DNA of 64,000 bases from a bacterium (GTDB lineage: Bacteria; Electryoneota; Electryoneia; Electryoneales; Electryoneaceae). Position numbers and translations under genes: made by a program. The notes beneath the pieces are model-generated. The model saw only the letters and a list, made by a program, of their open reading frames with translations. It did not search any database and was not told the origin of the DNA. Positions 1 through 9,879 of the stretch are shown here, one piece after another. Each line of letters begins with the position of its first letter. Position 1 is the first letter of the stretch. Location: the NCBI GenBank assembly GCA_043801585.1, contig JAZDLX010000184.1, forward strand, positions 17,683-81,682, given 5' to 3'.

Positions 1-2
1 TG

Positions 3-533
3 TTGCTTTGATACGCCTCTTCCGGTCGACTCCATCGGGCTGGTCTGCCGGGTGGATTCTGTTTCGGGCGTCTTTTTCGGTTCGGCTTTATCCGCCTGGG
101 ATTTTGCTTCCGGAGATTTATCTTTCGAGGTGCTGGAGGCTGTCCCTGCACTGACTTCCCGTTGATGGATCACCCGTTGCACCACGTCCTCGATGTCTTT
201 CTTGTCACTGGCGGAAAGGTCCGAGAAAAGATCCTTGACGATATCAAAGCCATCAAAGAGCAGATCTATCAACTCCTGGGTGACGACAATTTTTCTGTCC
301 CTGAGAAGCGAGAGGAGCGATTCCATCTCGTGGCTAAGATGACCGATATTCTCCAAACCAAAGAAACCGGCGCCGCCCTTGATGCTGTGAATCGCGCGAA
401 AGATCCGGTTGATGATCTCGGGATCGGTGTCATCGCCGTTCTTTTCCAGCTCAAGCAGATCCGGTTCGATGATTGACAGGTTTTCCCTGGATTCGTCGAG
501 GAACCCGGCCAGCAGTTCGGGATCATCAAACAT
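3..533 (-). CDS. cheA: Chemotaxis histidine kinase CheA (N-terminal Hpt/P1 domain plus linker); partial, runs off the window edge
   Basis: Not in the ORF track because it has no stop in the window. Manual translation from ATG 533: MFDDPELLAGFLDESRENLSIIEPDLLELEKNGDDTDPEIINRIFRAIHSIKGGAGFFGLENIGHLSHEMESLL..., the CheA P1 motif IFRxxHSIKG. SD GAGGTGG lies just upstream. Confidence 0.85.
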   Translation of the reverse strand, partial: MFDDPELLAGFLDESRENLSIIEPDLLELEKNGDDTDPEIINRIFRAIHSIKGGAGFFGLENIGHLSHEMESLLSLLRDRKIVVTQELIDLLFDGFDIVKDLFSDLSASDKKDIEDVVQRVIHQREVSAGTASSTSKDKSPEAKSQADKAEPKKTPETESTRQTSPMESTGRGVSKQ

Positions 534-1059
534 CGGTCCACCTCATTGCGATCTCGATCGTACAAAGCTGCGTCAACAGCAGAATATTTCCGACCTCTCG
601 GTGAAAGAGGCCACCCTGATGAACTGTGGCAAAGGCGTCTTCTCAGCAACAGACAGCCATTCGCTGCATGTCGTCAAAATGTAACGAAGATGCTCAACGT
701 CAAATCCCAAATACTTAAACTTGCTCTACACAGGCTTTCTTCCAAAGTCCATCAGGTGCTCCGCCGGGATAAAGTCCGGAAACAATGTCCCGTTCAGTTG
801 CACAATAGGCTCAGTCAGAACCGTGACCACAGGATGTAGACGACAGAAGGTGCAAAATTCTGATGCACTATCGACCCACGCCCTACCCCGTCCTCCGATG
901 TTTTTTTAAGCCGGGTCGCCACCGGATGAAAAGCGAAATCATCATACTCCGCTGGAAGCCACTACTATAACGGTATATGCGGGAATGGTAATGGGTTTGA
1001 AGACTTGCTCTTTCTGGACATCACTCCGAGAGCGAGTTTGACAAGCCTTCCGGCCAAAC

Positions 1060-1089
1060 TTGACAGGTTCCCACCCCTCCCTATAGCTT
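1060..1089 (+). promoter_or_regulatory. Candidate sigma70 promoter for the 1335-9713 operon
   Basis: Perfect TTGACA at 1060-1065, followed by TATAGC (16-nt spacer) or TAGCTT (18-nt spacer). A second TTGACA sits at 1038-1043. Confidence 0.4.
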
Positions 1090-1262
1090 TCGGGACCAAG
1101 AGGGATGCCTATCCCCCGAAAGTCCTGTTTATTTATTGAAATACCAAAAATCCTGCACCCTGCAGCCGTCCAGTACAAGGGGTGATTGACGAGCGTATAC
1201 TTTCCGCCTGCTAGGAGGGTTCCCTTGTTGAGAGGCCGAATACTTGATCCGTCGACACCTAG

Positions 1263-1276
1263 TTAGGACATCCTAA
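1263..1276. promoter_or_regulatory. Palindromic operator candidate TTAGGA-CA-TCCTAA
   Basis: Perfect 6-bp inverted repeat about 60 nt upstream of the operon start. Fits TTAGG-N4-CCTAA, resembling DtxR/MntR/SirR-family boxes. Confidence 0.35.
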
Positions 1277-1334
1277 TGCTGCTCTGCTGCCGTGTGTCCG
1301 GTACCGATGTTCCATGAAAGAGGGAGGGAAGACG

Positions 1335-3053
1335 ATGAACCGTGCCCTGGGCAAATCCCGGGTCAGATGGTCAAGGATACTGCCGCTTCTGTTAGCAGGA
1401 ATGTTCCTTGCATCCGGGGTACAGGCAAAACCAAAGATGGTTTCCGGGAAGAAAGCGAAGTGGGTGGATCAACCGGAAATCATCGTCGGCGAGTCAAAGG
1501 TCGACAGAGAGGATCAGGCCCTCTCAACCGCTAAGGCGGATGCGCTGATTCAGGCATTGGAACTGCTGGGGACACATAAAAACCTCACTGTTTTCCGTGA
1601 ATACTACATCGCCAAGTTCACCGGCGCCGAAGCGGAAGCCGTTCTGGGTGATGTTGCCAGAGAGTACCTGGATCTCGTGGAAGCGAACCACACCCTGGCC
1701 TACACAGAAGTGCAGGGATGGAAAGACGGCAAGCAATCCTGGTTTGTCGGCCTCGCGGGTTACACCATCGCGGATTCAAGCCAAGCCTGGCAGAAAGCCT
1801 TTGCCGAGAAGTATCTGGCGGAAGGCCAGAAGGTAGCTGAGGCGGCAAAGAATGCAACCGCTGGCGGCGATTACTACGGTGGTCTTGCCAAGAGCGCCGA
1901 GGCGTTCATGATCTATGACGGTCTGCTCGGAGCCTTCGGCGAAGCGCACCCGGAATTCCCTCAGATCACCGATCTGCAGATGGACGCCGAGATGGAGCTT
2001 GGGATGAAACTCGACAAGCTCTCGGTCTGGCCTGTGGCGAAACGCAAGTATCTCTCGCAGGAAGACCTGCCGAAGATGCTGAACATTTCCGTCAGCTACT
2101 CCACACCGGAAGGTGCGGTCCAACTCGCCGGTGTTCCCTTCAACTGGAAGGCTGCGGATGGATTGACCGTTGCCGTGTCGGGCACTGAGCTGGTCAGCGG
2201 TGACGACGGAAAGGCGACCCTCACCCTGCAGAAGATGGAGGTCTCCGGGCCGGCTGGCATTGATATCGCACCCGTGCTCCCCCATCTGACGAGTGCTTTC
2301 ATGAAATCTTTGCCATCCGCCAAGTTCGAGTTTATCGACAAGGCGAGCGGCAAGACCTTCAACGTGGATTCCGCGCCAATGGCTCTTATCGATGCGGACT
2401 CGGTCCTGCTAGGCGCGTCAAGCGATGACCCGTTGAAACAGGATGACGAGGTTCCCGCCGTCGAAGTAAAAGTGACTCCGTTCTACATGGATGTCCACGA
2501 AGTGACCAACGCACAATACAAGGCATTCCTTGACGCTACTGGCTACAAGGGCGAATCGAGATTCAGCGATATTGGCGAGTTGAACGCCGATGATCACCCT
2601 GTCGTCGGAGTCACATTGCGCGATGCCTACGCCTACGCTATGTGGGCGGGAAAACGTCTCCCCAGCGAAGCTGAGTGGGAGCTGGCCGCCAGCGGTCCGG
2701 AAGGTTTAGTATATCCCTGGGGAAATGGTTTTGATCCTTCCAAATGCGCAAACCAGGCAAACAGCACGACTCCGATGGCTCCGGGCACCTTCCCGGGTGA
2801 CAGTCCTTATGGAATCAAGGATCTGGCTGGGAATGTCTGGGAGTGGACCGCGGATGGATACGATTGGGAAATGCTGAAGAAGCAGAGTGCCGGGATGATG
2901 TACATGTCCCCGGAGGCGAAGGACCTGCGCAGCATTCGTGGCGGCAGCTACAAGAGTGGTCCTGCCGATCTGCGTACCAGCAACAGGCTTGGGATGAACC
3001 CGGCCGCACGCACGGATGACATCGGTTTCCGCTGCGTGCGTGACGCAAACTGA
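1335..3053 (+). CDS. Secreted protein with a C-terminal FGE-sulfatase (SUMF1/C-type-lectin fold) domain, probably non-catalytic
   Basis: Signal peptide (..LLLAGMFLASGVQA). FGE motifs EVTNAQY, HPVVGV, KRLPSEAEWE, YPWG, DLAGNVWEW, RGGSY, IGFRC. Lacks the FGE active-site Cys pair after RGGS. Start chosen from SD GGAGGG before ATG 1335. Confidence 0.8.
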   Translation: MNRALGKSRVRWSRILPLLLAGMFLASGVQAKPKMVSGKKAKWVDQPEIIVGESKVDREDQALSTAKADALIQALELLGTHKNLTVFREYYIAKFTGAEAEAVLGDVAREYLDLVEANHTLAYTEVQGWKDGKQSWFVGLAGYTIADSSQAWQKAFAEKYLAEGQKVAEAAKNATAGGDYYGGLAKSAEAFMIYDGLLGAFGEAHPEFPQITDLQMDAEMELGMKLDKLSVWPVAKRKYLSQEDLPKMLNISVSYSTPEGAVQLAGVPFNWKAADGLTVAVSGTELVSGDDGKATLTLQKMEVSGPAGIDIAPVLPHLTSAFMKSLPSAKFEFIDKASGKTFNVDSAPMALIDADSVLLGASSDDPLKQDDEVPAVEVKVTPFYMDVHEVTNAQYKAFLDATGYKGESRFSDIGELNADDHPVVGVTLRDAYAYAMWAGKRLPSEAEWELAASGPEGLVYPWGNGFDPSKCANQANSTTPMAPGTFPGDSPYGIKDLAGNVWEWTADGYDWEMLKKQSAGMMYMSPEAKDLRSIRGGSYKSGPADLRTSNRLGMNPAARTDDIGFRCVRDAN

Positions 3054-3074
3054 CGAACCCCCACGGGAGGAAAT

Positions 3075-4394
3075 ATGGTAATTCGGATGTTACGAAAAAC
3101 AAAGTCGTCATCGTGGGTTTCGCTGCTGCTGGCGGCCGGAATGCTGCTGGTATTCACTTCCTGCAGCAACGAACTCGGAAAAGGCAAGAAAGCCTACAAT
3201 AAGCGCAACTACGATGAAGCGATCGCCCACTTCAATCAGGCTGGTGGCGAGGAGGGCAAGGCATGGGCTCAGTCGGCGGATTTCGCGAAACAGATAGAGA
3301 GCGAATTGATGGCGGGAGTCCAGGCGAAACGTACCGGCAACCTGGATGAAGCCGTCAACCATTTCCAGAAAGCCGTCGAGCTGGAAGGAAAGATTCCCCA
3401 CCTCTCCAAATACCTGAAGACGAGGATGGGCGGTATCAAAATTGAGCTGACCCAGACGGTCGTCGAACAGCTCCGCAAGGCGAAGCAGGAGAAACGGTAC
3501 GAAACCATACTCAAGATGAAGCCTCATGTTGGCGACTACATCACCGAGGGAGATCGATACTTCCAGGAGGTGCAGGACATCATCACCTTCGCCGAGGGCG
3601 AGATTCGCGTGATGAAAAAGGAAGAGGCGAAGGGTGACAAGCTCCTTGAGAGTGGTGACGAAAAAGGCGCCATCGAAGCCTGGCGGATGGCGATGAAGCA
3701 CGCCAGCGTGGAGCATGGCAAACGCATCAGCCAGAAGTTGTACGACCTCCAGAACAAGGTTGAGGGAGGCATCCGGGGCGAGTTCGATTCCGCTATCGAC
3801 AGCAGCCGCACCGCGCTGGAATCAGGCAAGTACAATCAGGCGCTGGAATCGGCGAACGCCGCCATCGAGGTGACCCAGAGGAACCCGGACATCACACTCG
3901 ACGCAGGACTCGCCTACCGTTACAAGCGTCTTGCGGAAGAGAACCTCCGTGAACAGGAACTCGCTGCAGCAAAGGCACAGGCGGAGGCCGATCGCAAGAA
4001 GGCGATCGAAGAGTACATCAGGATTCACGGCCAGCCGATGACACCCACAGTGATCGACTACAGCAAGGATAACAAGATCACCGCCAAGGGCAAAGGCAGA
4101 ATCAAGAAGAACGAGCGCGGACGCTGGTACGCCACCGCCCTGATCGATGAGGGCGCTTACCGCAAACTGTACGTCCGTGTTCCTGAAGGGTACGAGGCGA
4201 TTGTCACTCGCAGTCCTGATAAGCAGGAGAAAGCGAATGATGTCGTCACCAAGACATTCATCGATCAAGGCTACATCTATTTCATAGCCGAAAACTTTAC
4301 CGGCGGCCGTTTCTACATCGTCGTAACCAACCCTGAAGGCAAGAAGGGCGATTACGAGGTGGATGCCACGCTGTACCACGAACTCGACAAGTAA
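3075..4394 (+). CDS. TPR-like helical-repeat lipoprotein
   Basis: Lipobox FTSC; repeated TPR-like units (NYDEAIAHFNQA, NLDEAVNHFQKAVEL, KYNQALESANAAIE); beta-rich C-terminal domain; SD GGGAGG. Confidence 0.7.
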   Translation: MVIRMLRKTKSSSWVSLLLAAGMLLVFTSCSNELGKGKKAYNKRNYDEAIAHFNQAGGEEGKAWAQSADFAKQIESELMAGVQAKRTGNLDEAVNHFQKAVELEGKIPHLSKYLKTRMGGIKIELTQTVVEQLRKAKQEKRYETILKMKPHVGDYITEGDRYFQEVQDIITFAEGEIRVMKKEEAKGDKLLESGDEKGAIEAWRMAMKHASVEHGKRISQKLYDLQNKVEGGIRGEFDSAIDSSRTALESGKYNQALESANAAIEVTQRNPDITLDAGLAYRYKRLAEENLREQELAAAKAQAEADRKKAIEEYIRIHGQPMTPTVIDYSKDNKITAKGKGRIKKNERGRWYATALIDEGAYRKLYVRVPEGYEAIVTRSPDKQEKANDVVTKTFIDQGYIYFIAENFTGGRFYIVVTNPEGKKGDYEVDATLYHELDK

Positions 4395-4402
4395 TGCGAT
4401 TC

Positions 4403-4434
4403 GCGCCCGGGGTGGTTCCCCCACCCCGGGGCGC
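4403..4434 (+). terminator. Intra-operon stem-loop (stabiliser or partial terminator)
   Basis: GCGCCCGGGGTGG / CCACCCCGGG-G-CGC stem with no U-tract. Confidence 0.4.
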
Positions 4435-4458
4435 TGAACGAACCATGAGGATAAGCAG

Positions 4459-6024
4459 ATGAACAAGTTGATACAGCGCCGCCGCGCAACCGTCGCTCTC
4501 GCGATGACGCTCGTCGTGGCAACCCTGCTCGCTGCCGGCTGCGGGTTGCTGGGCGGGCGGAAACACGAGGTGATCGTCGCCTCGCCCAACCTGCCTGACA
4601 ACCTTGTCCCGATTCTGCATCAGAACGATGAAGCCAAGATGCTCTCCGACCTGCTCTACAACAGTCTCGCCGGATTCACGGGACGCCGGCAAAGCGAGAT
4701 TGCACTGGAACTCGCGGATGCCATCGAACAGAATCTGGAGAAAAAGGACAGCTACAAGATCCGTTTGAAAAAGGATGTCGCCTGGCACGATGGGCGGCCT
4801 TTTGACGGCCTTGACGTCCTTTACACCTGGGCCGCGATACAGAACCCAGCCAACGATTCACCCCTTCGCGGACGGTTGGGCGACATCATTACCGAACTGG
4901 ATACCGTGGGAGACGTTTACACGTTGCACTGCGCCTTCCGGGTAGCGGTCGCCCCGGATGACGCACTGTGGCTGCTCTCTTTTAAAATCCTCCCGCACAT
5001 GATAAACGGTGCGGAGATGCCGACGAACCTGGTGGAAACGGATGAAGGCCGTGCCTTCGGATCGAATCCGGTTGGAACGGGATCTTTCCGCTTTGTCCAG
5101 CGGACGTCCAACGAACTTGAGATTTCAAGCATCAATCCGGACCAGGCGATTCAGAAGGTGCTGTTCCGCCTCCAGCGTGATCCGAACCTGCGGACGCTGA
5201 ACCTGATCAAGAACCGTGTGGACGTCATCTTCAACGTCGATCCGGAAACTTACGAGCAGCTTGACAAGAAGGGACTTCCGCACAGCACCTATGCACCGAA
5301 AGCGTTCTATGCCCTGGCGTTGAACTGTTCCCGCGGCTTCACCGCCAACGAAACTTTCCGTGCGGCCCTTGCGACGGGCGTCAATCAGGTCGCTATTGCA
5401 GCAGAACTCTTCGGTGAGGACGGCAAGGATTTCTCGATGCTGAACGCCTTTCCCGCGAACGACAATCCGCTTTACAAACGTCTCCCGCCGACCCAGGCCT
5501 TTGACGCCGAAAAGGCAAAGACTCTGGTCATCAAGAGCGGCTACAACGGTGAAGAGCTTGAGTTGATGGTCAACGAAGGCATGGGCAGTGTCGGACGTGT
5601 GACGGGACAGCGTCTCGTCGATCAGTTGAAGGAAATCGGCGTCAACGCGAAGCTTTCGGTGATCGGAACAGCCTTCCAGGCCAAACTGGTCGAAGGCCGT
5701 TACGATATGGCGCTGGTGCTCGAAGATGGTTTCGGCAGGAAATACGACCACTACGCTCTGTACTACAGCCGAGGAAGCCGCAACATCAGCCGTATCCGAA
5801 ACGTTCAGTTGGATGACGTTGCCGAAAAGTGGAACAACAGCATCGTGATGGATATCAAGTTCCCGCTCACTCAGGAACTGAACACGATCCTCGGAAGACT
5901 CAACCCGTACGCTTACCTCTTCAGCTCTCCTCAGCGCGTTTATTACAGTAAAAAGCTGAGGAATGTGACGATTATTGACGAGGATGCGTTGATCAAGACA
6001 CTCCCTCTGTGGAACAAGGGTTGA
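4459..6024 (+). CDS. ABC transporter substrate-binding lipoprotein, family 5 (peptide/nickel/opine)
   Basis: Lipobox LAAGC; family-5 motifs LELA..., YKIRLKKDVAWHDGRPF..DVLYTW, PVGTGSF. Confidence 0.85.
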   Translation: MNKLIQRRRATVALAMTLVVATLLAAGCGLLGGRKHEVIVASPNLPDNLVPILHQNDEAKMLSDLLYNSLAGFTGRRQSEIALELADAIEQNLEKKDSYKIRLKKDVAWHDGRPFDGLDVLYTWAAIQNPANDSPLRGRLGDIITELDTVGDVYTLHCAFRVAVAPDDALWLLSFKILPHMINGAEMPTNLVETDEGRAFGSNPVGTGSFRFVQRTSNELEISSINPDQAIQKVLFRLQRDPNLRTLNLIKNRVDVIFNVDPETYEQLDKKGLPHSTYAPKAFYALALNCSRGFTANETFRAALATGVNQVAIAAELFGEDGKDFSMLNAFPANDNPLYKRLPPTQAFDAEKAKTLVIKSGYNGEELELMVNEGMGSVGRVTGQRLVDQLKEIGVNAKLSVIGTAFQAKLVEGRYDMALVLEDGFGRKYDHYALYYSRGSRNISRIRNVQLDDVAEKWNNSIVMDIKFPLTQELNTILGRLNPYAYLFSSPQRVYYSKKLRNVTIIDEDALIKTLPLWNKG

Positions 6025-6064
6025 GCTGAAGAATGTTGGTTAAACTGCAGGAATGATCCTTGTC

Positions 6065-6094
6065 AGGGGGAGGGCGAAGCAGCGCTCTCCCCCT
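6065..6094 (+). terminator. Stem-loop after the substrate-binding gene
   Basis: AGGGGGAGGGCG / CGCTCTCCCCCT stem, the usual position for an mRNA-stabilising hairpin between SBP and permease genes. Confidence 0.45.
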
Positions 6095-6115
6095 TCTCCA
6101 TACGCGGAGGGTTGC

Positions 6116-7063
6116 GTGCAAAAAAAACGGATCATGACGCTGCTGATGCTGGTGGGGAAGGCGTTACTGAAGACGGTATTCCTTGTCCTTCTTTCGACCT
6201 GGTTGACCGCTCTCGTCCTCGGGATTCTCCCTCAGCGTGAACGCAGCATGGACGTGCAACAGCAGGGACAAACGGTTGAGCAACGCTCGCAGACCGTGAT
6301 GGACCGTTACGGCGATTGGCTTGTCGGGTTGCTGCACTTCGATCTGGGACATTCCGAGCACTATTTCGGCGACAAGGTGAGCAAATACGTTTTCAGCAAT
6401 CTCCTGCTCACATTCTCACTCAGCCTTTTCAGTGTCATCATCAGCGCGGCGTTCGGAGTGCTGCTTGGGGTACACAGTGCCATTCGAAGTTCCTGGCGGA
6501 TCCAGCCGCCGCCTGACGCGAAGCGGGAAGCCGGCTTCAACCTTTTCCGCTACACCCTGTATGTGATTAACGCCGTGCCGACCTACATCCTCGGCATCAT
6601 GCTGCTGCTCATTGCGACGACCGCACCGATGGGATTGCTGGTGATGATCAGCATGGTTCTCGGCAGCGGGATCATGATGGATTTTGCACAGATGTCCGCA
6701 AGGCTGATGGAAGAGGAGTTTCAGGAGCCCTACGTCCTGAACGCTCTCGGGCTCGGAATGAAGGCCGGAGGTGCACTGCCAAGACCGGGAACGGTAAGCT
6801 GGCACGCGTTCCGTGCCGCATCCGCGAGCCTGCTTCCGTTGATCGGCTCCAAGGTTCCCTTCATCATGGGCAACGTTCTCGTGATCGAAATGGTGTTCGA
6901 ACTTCCGGGGCTTTCGGAACCGTTGCTCGGTGGATTGATCAACCAGGATCTGCCGCTGGTGCTCTCCGTGTTGCTGCTTGCGGTGCTGGTTGTGCAGGTG
7001 ATCGCGGCGTTGACGGAGGTACTGGACTTTGTCATCAACCCAGGCAAACAATTCCTGATCTGA
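6116..7063 (+). CDS. ABC transporter permease (OppB/DppB-like)
   Basis: Multiple TM segments; Y..WL..LLHFDLG.S, PYVLNALGLG (EAA-like loop), VIEMVFELPGL, DLPLV. Start set at GTG 6116 after SD GGAGG. Confidence 0.85.
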   Translation: MQKKRIMTLLMLVGKALLKTVFLVLLSTWLTALVLGILPQRERSMDVQQQGQTVEQRSQTVMDRYGDWLVGLLHFDLGHSEHYFGDKVSKYVFSNLLLTFSLSLFSVIISAAFGVLLGVHSAIRSSWRIQPPPDAKREAGFNLFRYTLYVINAVPTYILGIMLLLIATTAPMGLLVMISMVLGSGIMMDFAQMSARLMEEEFQEPYVLNALGLGMKAGGALPRPGTVSWHAFRAASASLLPLIGSKVPFIMGNVLVIEMVFELPGLSEPLLGGLINQDLPLVLSVLLLAVLVVQVIAALTEVLDFVINPGKQFLI

Positions 7064-7082
7064 CCTTACGGGGGAACCTATA

Positions 7083-8030
7083 GTGCTTGAAAGCTATCTC
7101 CTATCGGCCTTGAGCGCACTCGCTGTTCTGGTTCTGCTCGTCTGGCAAGTTCGTCGGCGGAACAACAGGAGCGCTATCGTGGGCCTGATCCTGCTACTGC
7201 CATTGTTGCTCAGTCCGACGATCACACTGATCGCCGGGAGCAGTCTGCAGAACGGGATCACGGAATATCGTTTCGAACGGTTCAGCCCACCCTCCGAACA
7301 CGGAGCGCTGGGCACCGATGCAAGGGGGCGTGACGTCCTTCAGTCCGCCCTGGTTGGAAGTGCGAACACCTGGGCTGTGACCGCGGCCGCCCTGGTCGTC
7401 TCGGTAATCCTGGGGCTGACGTTCGGTTTGCTCGCCGCCTCCCAGCGTCACTTTGTCAGTTGGCTGGCGGGTGTGGTGATGCAGTTTTTTGAGGTCTTCC
7501 CCTTTGTCTTTTTCCTCGCGATCACACTTGCAGCGTATCGTCAGTACGGATACATCACGGATATCAAACAGAGCGCCGGATCGGCGGCTCTGTTTATCGG
7601 CTTGATGATGGGGTTGATTTCAATGCCCTATCTCGGACGGGTGGTCGAGCGTCTCGCACGGCAGGAGATGCGAAATCCCTACATCCAGACACTGCACAGC
7701 GCGGGCGTTCCCTCCTGGAAAATCCTTTGGCGGAACATCCTATTTCACAATATTTTGCCGAGCATTCTGCTTCAGATTTCACTCCTTGTGGGGGTGATCA
7801 TCCTGATGAGCAGTGCGATTGATTATATCCTCGAAATCGGCTTCGGCGATTATGGACAAACGGGCATCCTGAGCCTTGGCAAGCTGCTCGCTCATGGGCG
7901 ACAGTCTGTTGTCTTTGGCGAAGGACTCTGGGCGGTGCTGACACCCGCTGTCGGCATTCTGATCAGCGTGCTGGGGAGCAGTCTTCTTGTCGAAGGGCTC
8001 ACCCGGCGTCGTGTCACGGTCAAGCAGTAG
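7083..8030 (+). CDS. ABC transporter permease (OppC/DppC-like)
   Basis: PPSEHGALGTDARGRDV motif; PYIQTLHSAG..WKILWRNI EAA loop; hydrophobic. Confidence 0.85.
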   Translation: MLESYLLSALSALAVLVLLVWQVRRRNNRSAIVGLILLLPLLLSPTITLIAGSSLQNGITEYRFERFSPPSEHGALGTDARGRDVLQSALVGSANTWAVTAAALVVSVILGLTFGLLAASQRHFVSWLAGVVMQFFEVFPFVFFLAITLAAYRQYGYITDIKQSAGSAALFIGLMMGLISMPYLGRVVERLARQEMRNPYIQTLHSAGVPSWKILWRNILFHNILPSILLQISLLVGVIILMSSAIDYILEIGFGDYGQTGILSLGKLLAHGRQSVVFGEGLWAVLTPAVGILISVLGSSLLVEGLTRRRVTVKQ

Positions 8031-8039
8031 GAGGCGGCG

Positions 8040-9713
8040 ATGACGAATGATGGCAGAGAAACCATCCAGGTGCACATCGACCGCTGCCGCGTGAGAAGAT
8101 CCAAACACGTGGTGCTGCGTGACGTGCACTTCGATTTTATTGAAGGCGACCGGTTGACCGTTCTCGGCGCCTCCGGTGCCGGAAAATCCACCCTGATGAA
8201 CGCGATTCTCGGTTACCTCGATCCGTTCACCTGGGAGATCGATGGCGAAGTTCTTTGGGGCGGCGTCGACCTGCTCAAGCTGAATCCCGTCGAGTGGGAG
8301 GAATTCCGCGGGCGGGAGTTCCGGGTTCTTTTCCAGGAACCGGCACGCATGGTCCACCCCATGTTCAAGGTGGACAGGCAAATTCTGGACGCGTACCGGA
8401 TGGTCATGCCGAATATCACCGAGGAGGAGCTGGAACGCCGCATCGGCGAAATTCGCCGAGACCTGCGGATCAGCCGGACGGACGAGACGATGGGATCGTT
8501 CCCTTCCGAGGTTTCCGGTGGGCAGCTCCAGCGCATTGCCCTGGCGATCAGCCTGGGACCACCTGCTCGTTTCTATTTCGCGGATGAACCGGCGAACGCC
8601 CTCGACGCCGAAATCACCTGGGAGCTGATCAAGGTTCTCCGGACAAAGCTGGACGGCGGCGACCTGAAAGCGCTCTGGTTGATCACCCACGACATCAACG
8701 TGTCGATCAGCGCTGGATGCACCAAGGTGCTTTTCCTTGACGATACCTTCACCGGCCATACGATGCCGATGAAACAGTTTATGGAAGATCCGGGATTCGA
8801 TTACGGCCGGGACTGGTTGAACACCCAGATGCGCATCTACGAGTCCTATCGCAGCCAGGAGCTCTCGACGGAGGTGGACCTGGAGGATGCATCGACCCTG
8901 ATGATGGTCAAGGATTTCTCCTACCGGTATCCAATCAAAGGCATCATCTACCGCAAAGGGAAACCGGTGATTTCGGATGTCTCTTTCGCTTTGAAACGGG
9001 GAGAATTCGTCGGACTCGCCGGTAACAGCGGTGCGGGGAAAACAACGATTGGCAGATGCCTGGGGCACATCCAGCACGATTTCGATGGGGAAATCATCTA
9101 CGACACCGCAACCGTCAGCCGCGGCAAACATGTCCCCACCAGCGTCCAGTACATGATGCAGGATGCTGCCCGCAGCTTCGACCCGAACCAGAAAATCTGG
9201 GAGAACCTGCGGCAATGCGCGGACGGACGCCGTCTTGACTGGAACCTCGTGGAAAAAGAGGTGCGGATGATGATGGAGCGTCTCGGCCTCTCCGATGAGC
9301 TTCTCCACCGTTTTCCCCATGAACTCTCCGGTGGCCAGCGCCAACGGGTGGCGTTCATTCGATCGATCATGGGTCCCACGGAACTTTTTATCGCCGACGA
9401 ACCGTTTGTCAATCTGGACCCGATTATTCAGCTCGAGATGTCAAAACTCCTGCGCGACAAACGCCAGGGAGAAAAACCGATGTCCGGGGTCCTCGTCAGT
9501 CATAACTTCGGTCTGCTGGCCCCACTCTGTGACAGGATCGTCGTCTTATCCGGCGGAAGACAGATTGAATCCGCTGAAACGAAAGAACTTATCTCTGCTC
9601 CACAGCAGGATGAAACGAAACGGCTGATCCGGGCGGCGATCAAACTTGGACAAATCGCCCTCGAAGAGGACGCTGAAGCCCGTTTCCACGGATTCGAGGA
9701 CTCTCAAGCGTAA
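8040..9713 (+). CDS. ABC transporter ATP-binding protein with two fused NBDs (OppD/OppF-like)
   Basis: Walker A GASGAGKS and GNSGAGKT; signatures VSGGQLQR and LSGGQRQR; Walker B FADEP and IADEP. Confidence 0.9.
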   Translation: MTNDGRETIQVHIDRCRVRRSKHVVLRDVHFDFIEGDRLTVLGASGAGKSTLMNAILGYLDPFTWEIDGEVLWGGVDLLKLNPVEWEEFRGREFRVLFQEPARMVHPMFKVDRQILDAYRMVMPNITEEELERRIGEIRRDLRISRTDETMGSFPSEVSGGQLQRIALAISLGPPARFYFADEPANALDAEITWELIKVLRTKLDGGDLKALWLITHDINVSISAGCTKVLFLDDTFTGHTMPMKQFMEDPGFDYGRDWLNTQMRIYESYRSQELSTEVDLEDASTLMMVKDFSYRYPIKGIIYRKGKPVISDVSFALKRGEFVGLAGNSGAGKTTIGRCLGHIQHDFDGEIIYDTATVSRGKHVPTSVQYMMQDAARSFDPNQKIWENLRQCADGRRLDWNLVEKEVRMMMERLGLSDELLHRFPHELSGGQRQRVAFIRSIMGPTELFIADEPFVNLDPIIQLEMSKLLRDKRQGEKPMSGVLVSHNFGLLAPLCDRIVVLSGGRQIESAETKELISAPQQDETKRLIRAAIKLGQIALEEDAEARFHGFEDSQA

Positions 9714-9879
9714 GGAAAACCACAATAGACCGAGACTAACACAAACGCGAGCGGTGATCCGTTCCCTTCTTTTTTGTATGTTAAAAACCATGTCAGTTCT
9801 CTGACATTTCTTCCTTTTCCGCTTTCGAGGCTGACGAAGTATTTTTATTCTCTGCGTTCAGCAGCACGAGGGCGCACCG

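Noticed and set aside
162..476. 104-aa plus-strand ORF
   Set aside because: Antisense shadow of the cheA Hpt domain; no motifs of its own.
594..640. CTGATGA and GAAA near two small hairpins, suggesting a hammerhead ribozyme
   Set aside because: GAAA precedes CTGATGA by only 9 nt and both lie in hairpin loops; stems I-III cannot be formed.
2380..3053. C-terminal CLec/FGE domain as a diversity-generating retroelement target
   Set aside because: No reverse transcriptase and no second near-identical template repeat seen in the window.
7779..9344. 521-aa minus-strand ORF
   Set aside because: Antisense shadow of the ABC ATPase, expected from GC-rich codon usage.
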